A stretch of 64,000 bases of DNA, taken from an uncultured delta proteobacterium (GTDB lineage: Bacteria; Myxococcota_A; Polyangia; Polyangiales; Polyangiaceae). The notes beneath the pieces are model-generated. The model saw only the letters and a list, made by a program, of their open reading frames with translations, searched no databases and had not been told where the DNA came from. A program made the translations under genes and the position numbers. Below are positions 18,807-28,807 of the stretch, piece by piece. The DNA lies in contig CAWKKR010000004.1 of the NCBI GenBank assembly GCA_963850305.1, forward strand, positions 384,001 through 448,000, written 5' to 3'. How positions within the stretch are numbered: the first letter of the stretch is position 1; the number at the start of each line of letters is the position of its first letter.

Positions 18807-19460
18807 ATGGCGCTCACGCACGTTCTCTTCGACCTCGACGGCGTCCTCCTCGACACCGAACCATTGTATTCCCGAGCAACGCAGGCAATCGTCGGCAGAT
18901 TCGGCAAAACGTTCGACTGGTCCATCAAGCGACGGATCATGGGGTCGGATGCGCGCGTCGGCGCGACCTACCTGCTGGAGCAGCTCGGGATCCCACTCAG
19001 CGCCGATGAATTTCTCGCGCAGCAGCGCCCAATTCTCGAGGAGTTACTCGCGAACGCGCCCGCGATGCCCGGCGTGGAAACCTTCGTGCGCGGACTCGCC
19101 GCACGCAAAGTCCCGATGGCGGTCGCGACGAGTAGCGCGCGACACTTGTTCGACCTCAAGAGCGCGCGACACTCCTTCTTCGAAGCGTTCGAGGCGATCG
19201 TGTGCGGTGACGATCCGCGCGTGTCCGCCAAGAAGCCGTCACCGCAGCTCTTCCTCGTGGCCGCGCTCGAGCTCCGCGCCGCACCCGCGTCATGCCTCGT
19301 GTTCGAAGACTCGCCCGCGGGCGTAACGGCCGCGCTCGCCGCGGGCATGCGCGTCGTTGCGATTCCGGATCCGGAGCTCGGCATCGAGCATTGCGCCGGG
19401 GCTCACCGAATTTTACCGGATTGGAACGCGATCAGCGCGATCGGTTTCGACAGACTGTAG
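18807..19460 (+). CDS. HAD-IA family phosphatase (pseudouridine-5'-phosphatase-like)
   Basis: FDLDGVLLDTE, VATSS, KKPSP and FEDSPAG. Confidence 0.9.
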   Translation: MALTHVLFDLDGVLLDTEPLYSRATQAIVGRFGKTFDWSIKRRIMGSDARVGATYLLEQLGIPLSADEFLAQQRPILEELLANAPAMPGVETFVRGLAARKVPMAVATSSARHLFDLKSARHSFFEAFEAIVCGDDPRVSAKKPSPQLFLVAALELRAAPASCLVFEDSPAGVTAALAAGMRVVAIPDPELGIEHCAGAHRILPDWNAISAIGFDRL

Positions 19461-19587
19461 TGATCTCGTGACGCTGGCATCCGGTGTGTTCGACTTTTGC
19501 GCGACCATGAGGCCGAGGCATCAGCGCGCATAGTGCATCTTGCCAGGGACGACGGACCGCGATACGTCGGTCGACGTCAGCGGACAC

Positions 19588-20475
19588 ATGATGTCGCCGG
19601 GTCGCGGAAAGGATTCGATATTTTCTCGTGCAGTGCGCGAGACGCTGGATGCGCTCGTCGCGCCGGTCGTTCGGGACGCGCTGATTCACGACGCTCTGAT
19701 CCTTGCGCGCATGAGCAACCTCCCTGAAGAGGGGACGGCGATCCGATCGTTCGCGACCGGCGCGCTCAGAACCGTGACCGAACGCGCACTCGGCATCGAG
19801 CTTGCTCGATGCGTGACGGAGGAGATCCTGCTCGTCATCCGCCCCCGCGAGGAAGGTCCGGACGGGAAGACCCCCCGCATCCCTCTGCCCCGCGAGCGGC
19901 GCCCCTCGTCGCCCGGTTTCCGAAGAACTTCCACGCCACCCGTGACCGCGCGCAGGACCCCGAGGGTGCCGCTGCAAACGGACCCCGCGTGGCCGCCCGG
20001 CAGAGGGTCGCACATCCGGCAGAACACTCCGCGCTGCAGCGACTCCGAGCCGCCGCCGCCTGGAATGACGCCCGGCACGAGTTCCTCGCGGCCCCCGCGG
20101 TCGCTTGCAGACGCACCATTCGTCATCGTGTCGACCGAAGACGTCGCGCTGTTCGAAACGCTGGGCGATTGGTTTCGCGAACGGGCACGCGTGTGTCGTG
20201 TGCGGTCAGCGTCGGCTCTGGTGCGCCACCTCGACGGTGCGAACGGGCACCGTTGCATCGTGATCCTGGACGGCAAGAGTCCGTCGATCCGGCCCGCCGC
20301 GGCGGTCGTACTGCTCGAAGATCTGCCACACGCCGAAGTCGTGCTGTGCCGCGCCGCACCCGCGACGGAGCAAGTGGTGCTCGCGGCGTCGCCGAGTACC
20401 CAGAAATGGCTCGTCTATCGTGAGCCAGCGTCGCTCGAGCACGTCGCCGCGGAGTGCCTTCGCCTGGTGTCGTGA
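19588..20475 (+). CDS. Hypothetical protein with Pro-rich linker and degenerate receiver-like C-terminal region
   Basis: Long ORF with host-like codon usage; start uncertain (19540-19591). Confidence 0.6.
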   Translation: MMSPGRGKDSIFSRAVRETLDALVAPVVRDALIHDALILARMSNLPEEGTAIRSFATGALRTVTERALGIELARCVTEEILLVIRPREEGPDGKTPRIPLPRERRPSSPGFRRTSTPPVTARRTPRVPLQTDPAWPPGRGSHIRQNTPRCSDSEPPPPGMTPGTSSSRPPRSLADAPFVIVSTEDVALFETLGDWFRERARVCRVRSASALVRHLDGANGHRCIVILDGKSPSIRPAAAVVLLEDLPHAEVVLCRAAPATEQVVLAASPSTQKWLVYREPASLEHVAAECLRLVS

Positions 20476-20503
20476 GGGCATTCGACGACACCGACGGTAG
20501 ACG

Positions 20504-22080
20504 TCAATATGGCGAATCGTACGCGTTCGGATCGGGCGACGCGCTGGGCTGCGCCTTCGCCCCACTCGGGCTCCCGTTCGAGGGGGACGCCGTATTTCCG
20601 TCCCCTCGTCGCATGTCCATCAGCACGTCCTTCAACGGACGCCAGCCGTGCCGTCGCAAATACTCCCTGTAACCCTGCTCGCGTCGCGCCGCTTCGGCCT
20701 CCGCATCGACAGGCGCGACCTCGCCCTTCGCGGGGGTCGAGCCCGGGAGGCGGGGCTTGATTTTTGGGGGACCGCCGGCTTCTCGTCGGACACCGAGCGC
20801 CCCGCGACGGCGACAGGGTCGTCCAGGTCGTCGTCGGTTGCCTCGGGCTCTGGTTCGGCCGCAACGAACGGCACGTCCGGCACCCGGGAAATCTCCCCGA
20901 ACGGACCGACGAAGTACGGCTCCGCCCACCGCGCCGGCTCGACGGAGCCCTCCTCGCTCGCATTCAGGTGTGCTTGCCGTGCGAAGGCGCGCCAAAAGGA
21001 CGTCCCTTCGCGCGATCTGGCGATCGCGCTGGCGCCGCTGATGACGACCAGCCACGCGATTAGGGCCGCGACCGGAACCGCGCGAACGCGGACGGGCGGA
21101 CGCGACGGGATGGCGACGGGCGCGTCGCTCCGCACGCGACGTGGCTCCGGCGTGCGCGCGTCAGGCAGCTCGACGGCGGGCAAATAGCTCGGCGCTGGCG
21201 CGACTGCGGGACTCGTGCGGAGGAGCGCCGCCGCACGGTAGACACGTAAGGCATCGACGAGCTCCCCGACCGAGTAAAATCGATCCGCCGGATTCTTCTC
21301 GAGACACCGCCGCACGATACCGTCGAGCTGTCGATCGATCTCCGGCCGGAGCTCTCCCAGCGGTCGCGGTGCAGCGTTGGCGACACGCGCGAACACTTCC
21401 ACCACCGTGTCGCCGTCGAACGGCAGCTCTCCCGATAGAAACTGATAGAGCACGACCCCGAGAGACCAGATGTCGGTCCGGCTGTCGATCGTTCGCGGGG
21501 AGCTCATCTGCTCGGGCGACATGTAGCAAGGGGAGCCCATGTTCTCCTGCGGCCCCGTCTCGATCTTCGCCCGGCTCGCGTCGAGGCGCTTCGCGATCCC
21601 GAAGTCGACCACCTTGACGATCGACCGGCGTGACGGTCCCTGAACCAGGAAGAGATTTTCCGGCTTGATGTCGCGGTGGACGATCGATACGGCGTGCGCC
21701 TCGGCCAGAGCCTCGCACGCCTGCAGAACGTAATCGACGGCGCGATCCGGCGGAAACGGCCCCTCCTTTCGGAGGAGCGCCTCGAGATCGGTTCCCTCGA
21801 GGTACTCCATGACGAAGTAGGGAACGCCATCGGAGAGCTGCCCGACATCCATCACGCGCACGACGTGTTCGCCCCGAAGCGCCGCGGCCGCGCGAGCCTC
21901 TTCGAGGAAGCGCCCTACGAGCGCCGCGTTCCGCGCGAGTTCCGGGTGAAGGAATTTGAGCGCGACCGGTTGCCCGAGCTCGACGTGCCGCGCGAGCCAG
22001 ACGACGCCCATACCGCCGCTCGCGAGAACCCGTTCCAGGGCGTAGCGCTCCGCAATCGAAGCCCCTGGCGCGAGCTGCAT
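20504..22080 (-). CDS. Membrane Ser/Thr protein kinase, tail frameshifted at ~20761-20770
   Basis: SGGMGVV, VALK, HRDIKPEN, DFG and YMSPE, plus a TM helix. Adding one base in the T5G5 run continues into PPKIKPRL...AYDSPY (ORF 20504..21055). Confidence 0.88.
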
Positions 22081-22225
22081 CGCGCACGCGTAGCACGGCC
22101 CAGTTACGCGGGACCAATGACAGGCGAAAGATCGGCGGGCCGTCCGGCAGCGCGACGAACCACCGGATCGCGGCCGAGACGACCTTCGTCTTCGGGCCCG
22201 CCGGGATCGAGACGAAGCTCGTACT

Positions 22226-22375
22226 TCAATACCGGAACCCCCGTCCCCGCGGGCCGCGGATCATTTGTTCGTACAGGCGCCGCTGGTCGGGATCGAGCAC
22301 GTCGCGCACCTCGGCATCGACCTCGAGTTCCTTCGCGCGGAGCTCCTGCCCGCATCGATCGTACATATCGTTCAT
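22226..22375 (-). pseudogene. Fragment resembling the C-terminus of a Spy/CpxP (LTxxQ-type) helical protein
   Basis: Hand translation: MNDMYDRCGQELRAKELEVDAEVRDVLDPDQRRLYEQMIRGPRGRGFRY*. Confidence 0.4.
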
Positions 22376-22512
22376 GAGCCGACGACGTTCCCCGACGAGA
22401 GGATGTCGGCGATCTCCGGCGAGCTGAAGCCCTCGACCGACCTCAGGATCAATGCCGTCTGCTGATCGATCGGCAACGTCCCGATGGCACTCTCCGAGCG
22501 GGCGCTGCTCAT
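22372..22512 (-). pseudogene. Fragment of ECF sigma region 4
   Basis: Hand translation: MSSARSESAIGTLPIDQQTALILRSVEGFSSPEIADILSSGNVVGS*, matching the LP..Q...L.L...EG.S..EIA..L pattern. Confidence 0.55.
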
Positions 22513-22606
22513 CTCCCTGGTTCGACGCTCGTCATACCGGCTTCCCTACGCTCGCCCCGTCGATTTCCCCGAGCGCCGCGGCTCGTACCCACGGAACCAT
22601 TCGAAA

Positions 22607-23839
22607 TCATTCCACGAAATCCAAATCCTTGCCGTACGTCTCCTCGAGCGACCCGAGCGAGACGGCGGCGATGAGCATCGTGACGACACCCACGGCGATC
22701 GCCCCTCCCGTGACGCCGAGCACGCCTTTCAAGAGCTTGAATGCGGAGGTCAAAAGCACGACCGCGCCGCGAACGAAGTTCGGAATGGTCGTGGTCGCGG
22801 TCGCGCGAATGTTCGTACCGAACTGCTCCGACGCCACGGTGACGAAGACCGCCCAGTAACCGCCGGCCACCCCGAGCGCGAAGCAGCAAGCGTAAAAGAC
22901 CGTCAGCGACATGGATGCGATCGTGAAATAGGCCACGATTCCCGAGGCAGTCAGCCCGAGGAAAAGCCCCACGACCTTCTTTCGACTGCGAAGGAGCTGA
23001 CTCAGCCATCCGCTCGCGAAATCTCCGACCGAGAGCCCGATATACGTGAGCATGACCGCGTGACTCGCCGTGGGCAGCGGGTTCATCCCCATGTCCTTCG
23101 CGATCTCCGGGGAGAGGCCGATGAGAATGCTCACCACGAACCAGATCGGCACGCCGATGAAGATGACCGCAAGGTATTTTCTGGCGCGCGGTAACGACGT
23201 GAGCAGTCGAAGGAACTGGCCGCGCGGCGCGGCGCGGTTCTTGGCACTGTCGAACATGCCCGACTCGAGGAGCCCGATACGCAGAAGCAAGAGCGCAATG
23301 CCGAGCCCGCCGCCGACGAAGTAAGCGACGCGCCAGGAGAACGTGTCGCCGACGAGGGCGGCGATGACCGCACCGAGCACACCCACCGTCGCGACGATCG
23401 TCGTCCCGTAGCCGCGCGAATCCCGATCCATGACCTCGCTGACGAGCGTGATCCCCGCGCCGAGCTCGCCGGCGAGCCCGACGCCCGCGAGGAACCGCAT
23501 GACCGCATACTGTTCGACCGTCGTCACGAAGCCGTTCGCGATGTTGGCGATCGAATAGAGAAAGATCGACCCAAACAGCACCGAAAGGCGTCCGCGCTTG
23601 TCGCCGAGGATCCCCCACAAGATCCCGCCGAGCAGCATGCCGATCATCTGCATGTTCAAGAGATCCACGCCTTGCTCGAGGATCGCCGGCGCGGGAACGC
23701 CGAGTCCTTTGAGGCTCTTCACGCGCACGATCAGAAACAGGATGAGATCGTAGATATCGACGAAATAACCGAGGGCCGCGACGAGCACCGTGAGGAAGAT
23801 CGAGCGCGCGGTCGTGCGTGAGGGTCGTGTTTCAGCCAT
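22607..23839 (-). CDS. MFS transporter
   Basis: GYFVDIYD, GILGDKRGR, RFLAGVGLAGE and EQFGTNIRAT; about 12 hydrophobic segments. Confidence 0.92.
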   Translation of the reverse strand: MAETRPSRTTARSIFLTVLVAALGYFVDIYDLILFLIVRVKSLKGLGVPAPAILEQGVDLLNMQMIGMLLGGILWGILGDKRGRLSVLFGSIFLYSIANIANGFVTTVEQYAVMRFLAGVGLAGELGAGITLVSEVMDRDSRGYGTTIVATVGVLGAVIAALVGDTFSWRVAYFVGGGLGIALLLLRIGLLESGMFDSAKNRAAPRGQFLRLLTSLPRARKYLAVIFIGVPIWFVVSILIGLSPEIAKDMGMNPLPTASHAVMLTYIGLSVGDFASGWLSQLLRSRKKVVGLFLGLTASGIVAYFTIASMSLTVFYACCFALGVAGGYWAVFVTVASEQFGTNIRATATTTIPNFVRGAVVLLTSAFKLLKGVLGVTGGAIAVGVVTMLIAAVSLGSLEETYGKDLDFVE

Positions 23840-23881
23840 GGTTTGCCGCCGAGCCTACGCTGGGTCCTCTCCCCAAGTCGA

Positions 23882-25056
23882 TCAGGACGCCCGCGGTCGA
23901 CCGAAGTTCGTCGTCTTGCTGACCTCGAGACGGCTCTGATTATATCCCCACTCCAGAGCGCGACGAAGCGCGCGGGACCGGTGGAAATCGTATTTCACGA
24001 CGAACGTTGCGGCGGCTTCGAGTCCGCGCCGGAGCGCGGTCGGCACGCTCACCGTTCGGCGCACCTCGCGCCAATAGTTGCGAACGGCGGCCTCGTCCAA
24101 TCCCGAAGCTCCGAGCGCCGATGCCGACGCCGCGCCCGCAAGGCAACCAGTATGCATCGCGTGCCAGATGCCCTCCCCGGTGAGCGGATCGATGAGACGG
24201 GCCGCGTCGCCACAGGTGAGGAGCCCCGGCGCGCACGGCGGACCGCGAAAGGTCGCGAGGGGCAACGACCAGGTCCTCGTGACGCCGCACGCTCGCGCGT
24301 GCCGAAACCGCGCCGGGTTCGCCTCCACGAAGCGACGCATCAGCTCGGGCAGACGCTGCGCGCCGGAGCGATAGCGATCGACGCGCAAGTACACCCCCAC
24401 GTTGGACCGGCCCTCGACCGGCGGAAAATCCACGCGTATCCCGTGGGTAGATATTTTTCGAAAAAGTGCTCGCTGTAGCCGGCGTCGGACGACTCTTCGA
24501 CTTGCTCGTAGTACGCCGTCGCAGAGATCCCGAGTGCGGTCGCGCCCGGCGGTGGCAGCCCGAGCGCGTTCCACGCGAGCGACGCAGTTCCGTCCGCGAC
24601 GATGATCGCGCCGGCTTTCCACTCGAACCCAGGACCCTCCGCGCGGTCGAAATGATCGCCGTTCCGGATGAGCCGGCGAATCGTGACTCCTTCGCGAACG
24701 TCGACCCCTTCCCGTTCGGCGGCGCGACGGAGCAGATCGTCGAAATCGATTCGCTCGACGATGAGCCCCGGTTCCGAGCCATAGCTCCGGCGGACGCGAC
24801 TGCCGCCCGGGAAGATCGCGGCGGCACCGCGCACGGTGGCCTGCCGAACCCGAGCGACGCCGTCCTCTCCCGCGAGCGACCGAGCTATGTGGAGCGCCGC
24901 GTTCGGGATGGCGTCGCCGCAGGTCTTCTGGCGCGGAAAATGAGCCTTGTCGACGAGGCAGACTCGCGCGCCGGCACGCGCCGCGGAGATCGCCGCTGCG
25001 GAACCCGCCGGCCCCGCGCCGATGACGAGGATGTCGCTCGTTCCGACCGCACTCAT
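23882..25056 (-). CDS. Geranylgeranyl-reductase-family FAD oxidoreductase, frameshift at ~24423-24428
   Basis: IGAGPAG, FPRQKTCGD and ADG in ORF 24340..25056; GDAARLIDPLTGEGI in ORF 23882..24622. One added base restores GYAWIFPPVEGRSNVG. Confidence 0.85.
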
Positions 25057-25165
25057 GGTCGCTCTATATCACTCCCCGCTTCGGCGGAGATGCACGCCGC
25101 CGCGAGCCCGGGTCGTTCCAGCGGCCGCCCGGCGCCCACGGACAGCCCCGGCCACGCGAGCCACG

Positions 25166-25954
25166 CTAAGCCGTACCTCGGATGGCGTGAAGTTCGCGCT
25201 GCATGTTGGAGCGAACGATCTCGAGCAAGCGCTTGTGATCGTTGTCGACCGACTCGGGATGAACGGGGTCGAGCACACGCAGCAGCACGGGGCGCGGTCG
25301 AATGAAGAACTGATTCTTCGGAAGAATTTCCTGCGTGCCGTCGATGACGACGGGGACGATCGGAATGCGGTTTCTGACCGCCAATCGGAATGCCCCGGGA
25401 TAAAAGCGAATGAGCTCGCCGGAACTCGAGCGCGTGCCCTCCGGGAACACGAACAGGCTATGTCCCGCCCGTACCTTCCTGTGACACTGCCGGACCATGC
25501 GCATGATGCTCGGCAAATAACCGCGCCGGATGGGAACGTACCCATTCAGCCACATGTTCCATCCGAGGAACGGCACGTAAAAGTTCTCCACCTTGCTCAC
25601 CCAGAGGAATGGCGTTCGGAGGGCGAACACGGCGAGCACGTCCACCATGGACTGGTGATTCGAGACGTAGATGCAGGGCCCCGCCGCGCGCGCGCGTTCG
25701 ATGCCCTCGACCCGCACACCGGCCAACGGCGCCCACGCAAGATAATGGGCGCCCCACAGACACGTGTAAGCATGGAGCGCACGTCGCTTCGGGTCGAACG
25801 GCGCGGTCACGACGAAGATGGCCAGCGCCGGCACGAAGAACAGCGCGCACGTCGAGAACAGGTACGGCCAGTAGAACAGATTGTAAACTGCGAGGACGAG
25901 GCCGGTGACCGGCGCGGCTCGTCCGCGGGCTCCGCTCGCGAGAGCCGGCTCCAC
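25166..25954 (-). CDS. 1-acyl-sn-glycerol-3-phosphate acyltransferase (PlsC family)
   Basis: NHQSMVD, FPEGTRS and IVPVVIDG. Confidence 0.9.
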   Translation of the reverse strand: MEPALASGARGRAAPVTGLVLAVYNLFYWPYLFSTCALFFVPALAIFVVTAPFDPKRRALHAYTCLWGAHYLAWAPLAGVRVEGIERARAAGPCIYVSNHQSMVDVLAVFALRTPFLWVSKVENFYVPFLGWNMWLNGYVPIRRGYLPSIMRMVRQCHRKVRAGHSLFVFPEGTRSSSGELIRFYPGAFRLAVRNRIPIVPVVIDGTQEILPKNQFFIRPRPVLLRVLDPVHPESVDNDHKRLLEIVRSNMQRELHAIRGTA

Positions 25955-25960
25955 GGGAAC

Positions 25961-27250
25961 CTACTTGCTGCCGGTCGGCAGGTGCTTCGTGCCGCGGTCT
26001 TCGAACACCCGTTCCGTCTCACCCGTGTAGATCTGCCGGGGACGATGAATCCGATCCTCGGGATCCCGGCGCTGCTCCATCCAGTGAGCAATCCAGCCTG
26101 GAAGGCGGCCGAGCGTGAACATGACGGTGAACATCTCCGTCGGAATGCCCATCGCGCGATAGATGATCCCGCTGTAGAAATCGACGTTCGGGTAGAGCTT
26201 GCGCTTCACGAAATATTCGTCCTTGAGCGCGTGCTCCTCGAGCTTCTTGGCCAGATCCAGCAGCGGATCGTGGATGCCGAGTTGCTCGAACACCCGATCG
26301 CACGTCTTCTTGAGCAGAGTCGCGCGCGGATCGAAATTCTTGTAGACGCGGTGTCCGAATCCCATGAGTCGGATCTTCGACTCGCCCTTCTTCACCAGGT
26401 CGAGGAACCTCTCACAGTTGCCACCATCCTTCCGAATGGCTTCGAGCATCTCGATGACGCTCTGATTCGCGCCTCCGTGCCGCGGACCCCACAGGCCGCA
26501 GATCGCTGCCGAGACGGACGCGAAGAGATTCGCGCCGCTCGAGCCGACCATGCGCATCGTGGACGTGCTGCAGTTCTGCTCGTGGTCGGCGTGAATGATC
26601 AAGAGCAGGTTGAGGGCGTCCTCGAGAACGGGGTTGACCTCGTAATCCTCGGCAGGCACCGCGAACATCATCCGCAGGAAATTGCCTGGCCACGAAAGGT
26701 CGTTACGCGGATAAACGAAGGGCTGACCGACGCTCTTCTTGTGCGCAAACGCGGCGAGCGTCTTTGCCTTGGCCAGAATGCGGACGATGTTCCGGTCGAG
26801 CGTCTCTTCCGTCTCGGGATAGAAGCTCGACAGCGACGCGACCATCGCCGCCATGATCGCCATCGGGTGTGCGCCGGGCGGATAGCCCTCGTAGAACTTC
26901 TTCATGTCCTCATGAAGAAGCGTGTGGCGATTCATCTTGTCGCGGAACTCCTTGAGTTCCTCGACCGACGGGCGCTTGCCGTAGATGAGCAGGAAACAGA
27001 CCTCGGTGAAGCGCGCGCGCTCCGCGACTTGCTCTATGGGATACCCGCGATAACGGAGGATCCCCTTCTCGCCGTCGATGAACGTGATCGCGCTCTCGCA
27101 CGATCCGGTATTGCCGTAACCCGGATCGAGCGTGATGAGGCCCGTGTGCTTCCGGAGATCGGCAATGACGATGCCGCGCTCGCCTTCGGACCCTTCTACG
27201 ATCGGCAGATCGTAGTCTTTACCTTCGTAGGTCAGTTTGACGGTGCTCAT
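25961..27250 (-). CDS. gltA: Citrate synthase
   Basis: DHEQNCST, GPRHGGAN, MGFGHRVYKNFDPR and LYPNVDFYSG. Confidence 0.97.
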   Translation of the reverse strand: MSTVKLTYEGKDYDLPIVEGSEGERGIVIADLRKHTGLITLDPGYGNTGSCESAITFIDGEKGILRYRGYPIEQVAERARFTEVCFLLIYGKRPSVEELKEFRDKMNRHTLLHEDMKKFYEGYPPGAHPMAIMAAMVASLSSFYPETEETLDRNIVRILAKAKTLAAFAHKKSVGQPFVYPRNDLSWPGNFLRMMFAVPAEDYEVNPVLEDALNLLLIIHADHEQNCSTSTMRMVGSSGANLFASVSAAICGLWGPRHGGANQSVIEMLEAIRKDGGNCERFLDLVKKGESKIRLMGFGHRVYKNFDPRATLLKKTCDRVFEQLGIHDPLLDLAKKLEEHALKDEYFVKRKLYPNVDFYSGIIYRAMGIPTEMFTVMFTLGRLPGWIAHWMEQRRDPEDRIHRPRQIYTGETERVFEDRGTKHLPTGSK

Positions 27251-27349
27251 TTGCTCCGACTCTACAACAGCATCAGGGGTGCGGCGACAGATCTTCGGGA
27301 CCGGCGCCGCGCGAACGGAACCTCGCGGCGGAGGCGAGAAATTCCGGGC

Positions 27350-28738
27350 TCACACCGCGCGCAGATGGTAGCTCTTCGGCCGCGTCAGGGATTCGAAACC
27401 GACGCGGGATAGCGTGCAGCCGCGCCCGGAGTCCTTTGCGCCCGTCCACGCGAGCGCGGGGTCCAGATAGTCGCACCGGTTCATGAAGACGGTTCCGGTG
27501 TCGACGAGATCGCCGAGGGTGATCGCGGCGAGCTCGTCGCGCGTCCAGATCGACGCGGTGAGTCCGTAGGGACTGTCGTTCATGAGCGTGACTGCTTCCT
27601 CGTCGCCCTTGACTTTCATGATGCCCACGACCGGGCCGAAGCTTTCTTCCTTCATCACGCGCATGGAGTGATCGACCGAGACCAGCACCTGCGGCGCGAG
27701 ATATGGCGTGCCGGGAGCGTTCGCCGGGAAGGATCCGGGGTCGAGCAGCGCACGCGCGCCGCCCCGAACCGCCTCGTCGATCTGCCCGCGGACGAAATCC
27801 GCGGCGGACGAGCGAACGAGAGGGCCGAGGTTCGTCGCGGGATCGAGCGGGTCACCGAGTCGGTATTCCTTCGTCAACGCGACGAAGCCATCGACGAACC
27901 GATCGTAGGCGTCCTCGTGGACGTAGATGCGTTCCACGCCGCAGCAGGATTGCCCGCTGTTGAAGAACGCGCCATCGACGAGGTTCTCGACCGCATGATC
28001 GAGCTTCGCGTCGCCTCGAACGTAAGCCGGATCCTTGCCGCCGAGCTCGAGGCCGACCCCGATGAATCGCTCCGAGGCGAACCGCTGCACGAGGTGTCCG
28101 ACTCGCACCGAGCCCGTGAAGGCGACGAAGTCCACCCCCGGCGTCGCGATGAGCCGGTCCGTGTCGTCGTCGGTGGTGTGCAGGAACTGAAAGACGCCCG
28201 GCGGGAGTCCCGCTGCACGAAACGCCTCGTCGAGGCGCTCGGAGCACAGCGGCGTCTGCGGCGAATGCCGGAGAAGCACCACGTTTCCCGCCAGCAGCGC
28301 CGGCACGACCGAGTTCACGGCCGTGAGATACGGATAGTTCCAGGGCGCGATCGCCAGCACGACGCCCAGCGGTTCTCGACGAATGAAGCGCCGGAACCCG
28401 GGTTTCGGACCGACGTCGATGTCGGCGAGCGCCTGCTCGGCGACGGCGATCATGAAACGTGCGCGCTCCTCGAAGCCGCGGATCTCGCCCGGGCTCTGCG
28501 AAATAGGACGTCCCATCTGGCGCGTGATCTCGTCGGCATGCGCGTCGCGCTTCGACACGAATGCGTCGACGGCCTTCGAGACGAGCACCGCGCGTTCCGC
28601 GACGGGTACACGCTTCCACTCGCCGCGAGCTCGAACCGCGGCGTCGAGAGCACGCTTCACCTCGGTGGAGGACGCGAAACGGCGCTCCACGTAGGGCTTG
28701 CCGTCGATCGGAGAATGAGTGACGAGCCGATCGGCCAT
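27350..28738 (-). CDS. Aldehyde dehydrogenase family protein
   Basis: PWNYP, FTGS, LELGGKD, GQSCCG, EESFGP and YGLTAS. Confidence 0.95.
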   Translation of the reverse strand: MADRLVTHSPIDGKPYVERRFASSTEVKRALDAAVRARGEWKRVPVAERAVLVSKAVDAFVSKRDAHADEITRQMGRPISQSPGEIRGFEERARFMIAVAEQALADIDVGPKPGFRRFIRREPLGVVLAIAPWNYPYLTAVNSVVPALLAGNVVLLRHSPQTPLCSERLDEAFRAAGLPPGVFQFLHTTDDDTDRLIATPGVDFVAFTGSVRVGHLVQRFASERFIGVGLELGGKDPAYVRGDAKLDHAVENLVDGAFFNSGQSCCGVERIYVHEDAYDRFVDGFVALTKEYRLGDPLDPATNLGPLVRSSAADFVRGQIDEAVRGGARALLDPGSFPANAPGTPYLAPQVLVSVDHSMRVMKEESFGPVVGIMKVKGDEEAVTLMNDSPYGLTASIWTRDELAAITLGDLVDTGTVFMNRCDYLDPALAWTGAKDSGRGCTLSRVGFESLTRPKSYHLRAV

Positions 28739-28807
28739 TTCTTCTCCGCGGACTATAGCTCGTCTCCGACGCGCCGGAACGCCCGCCCGCGCGATGTCAT
28801 CGATCCG

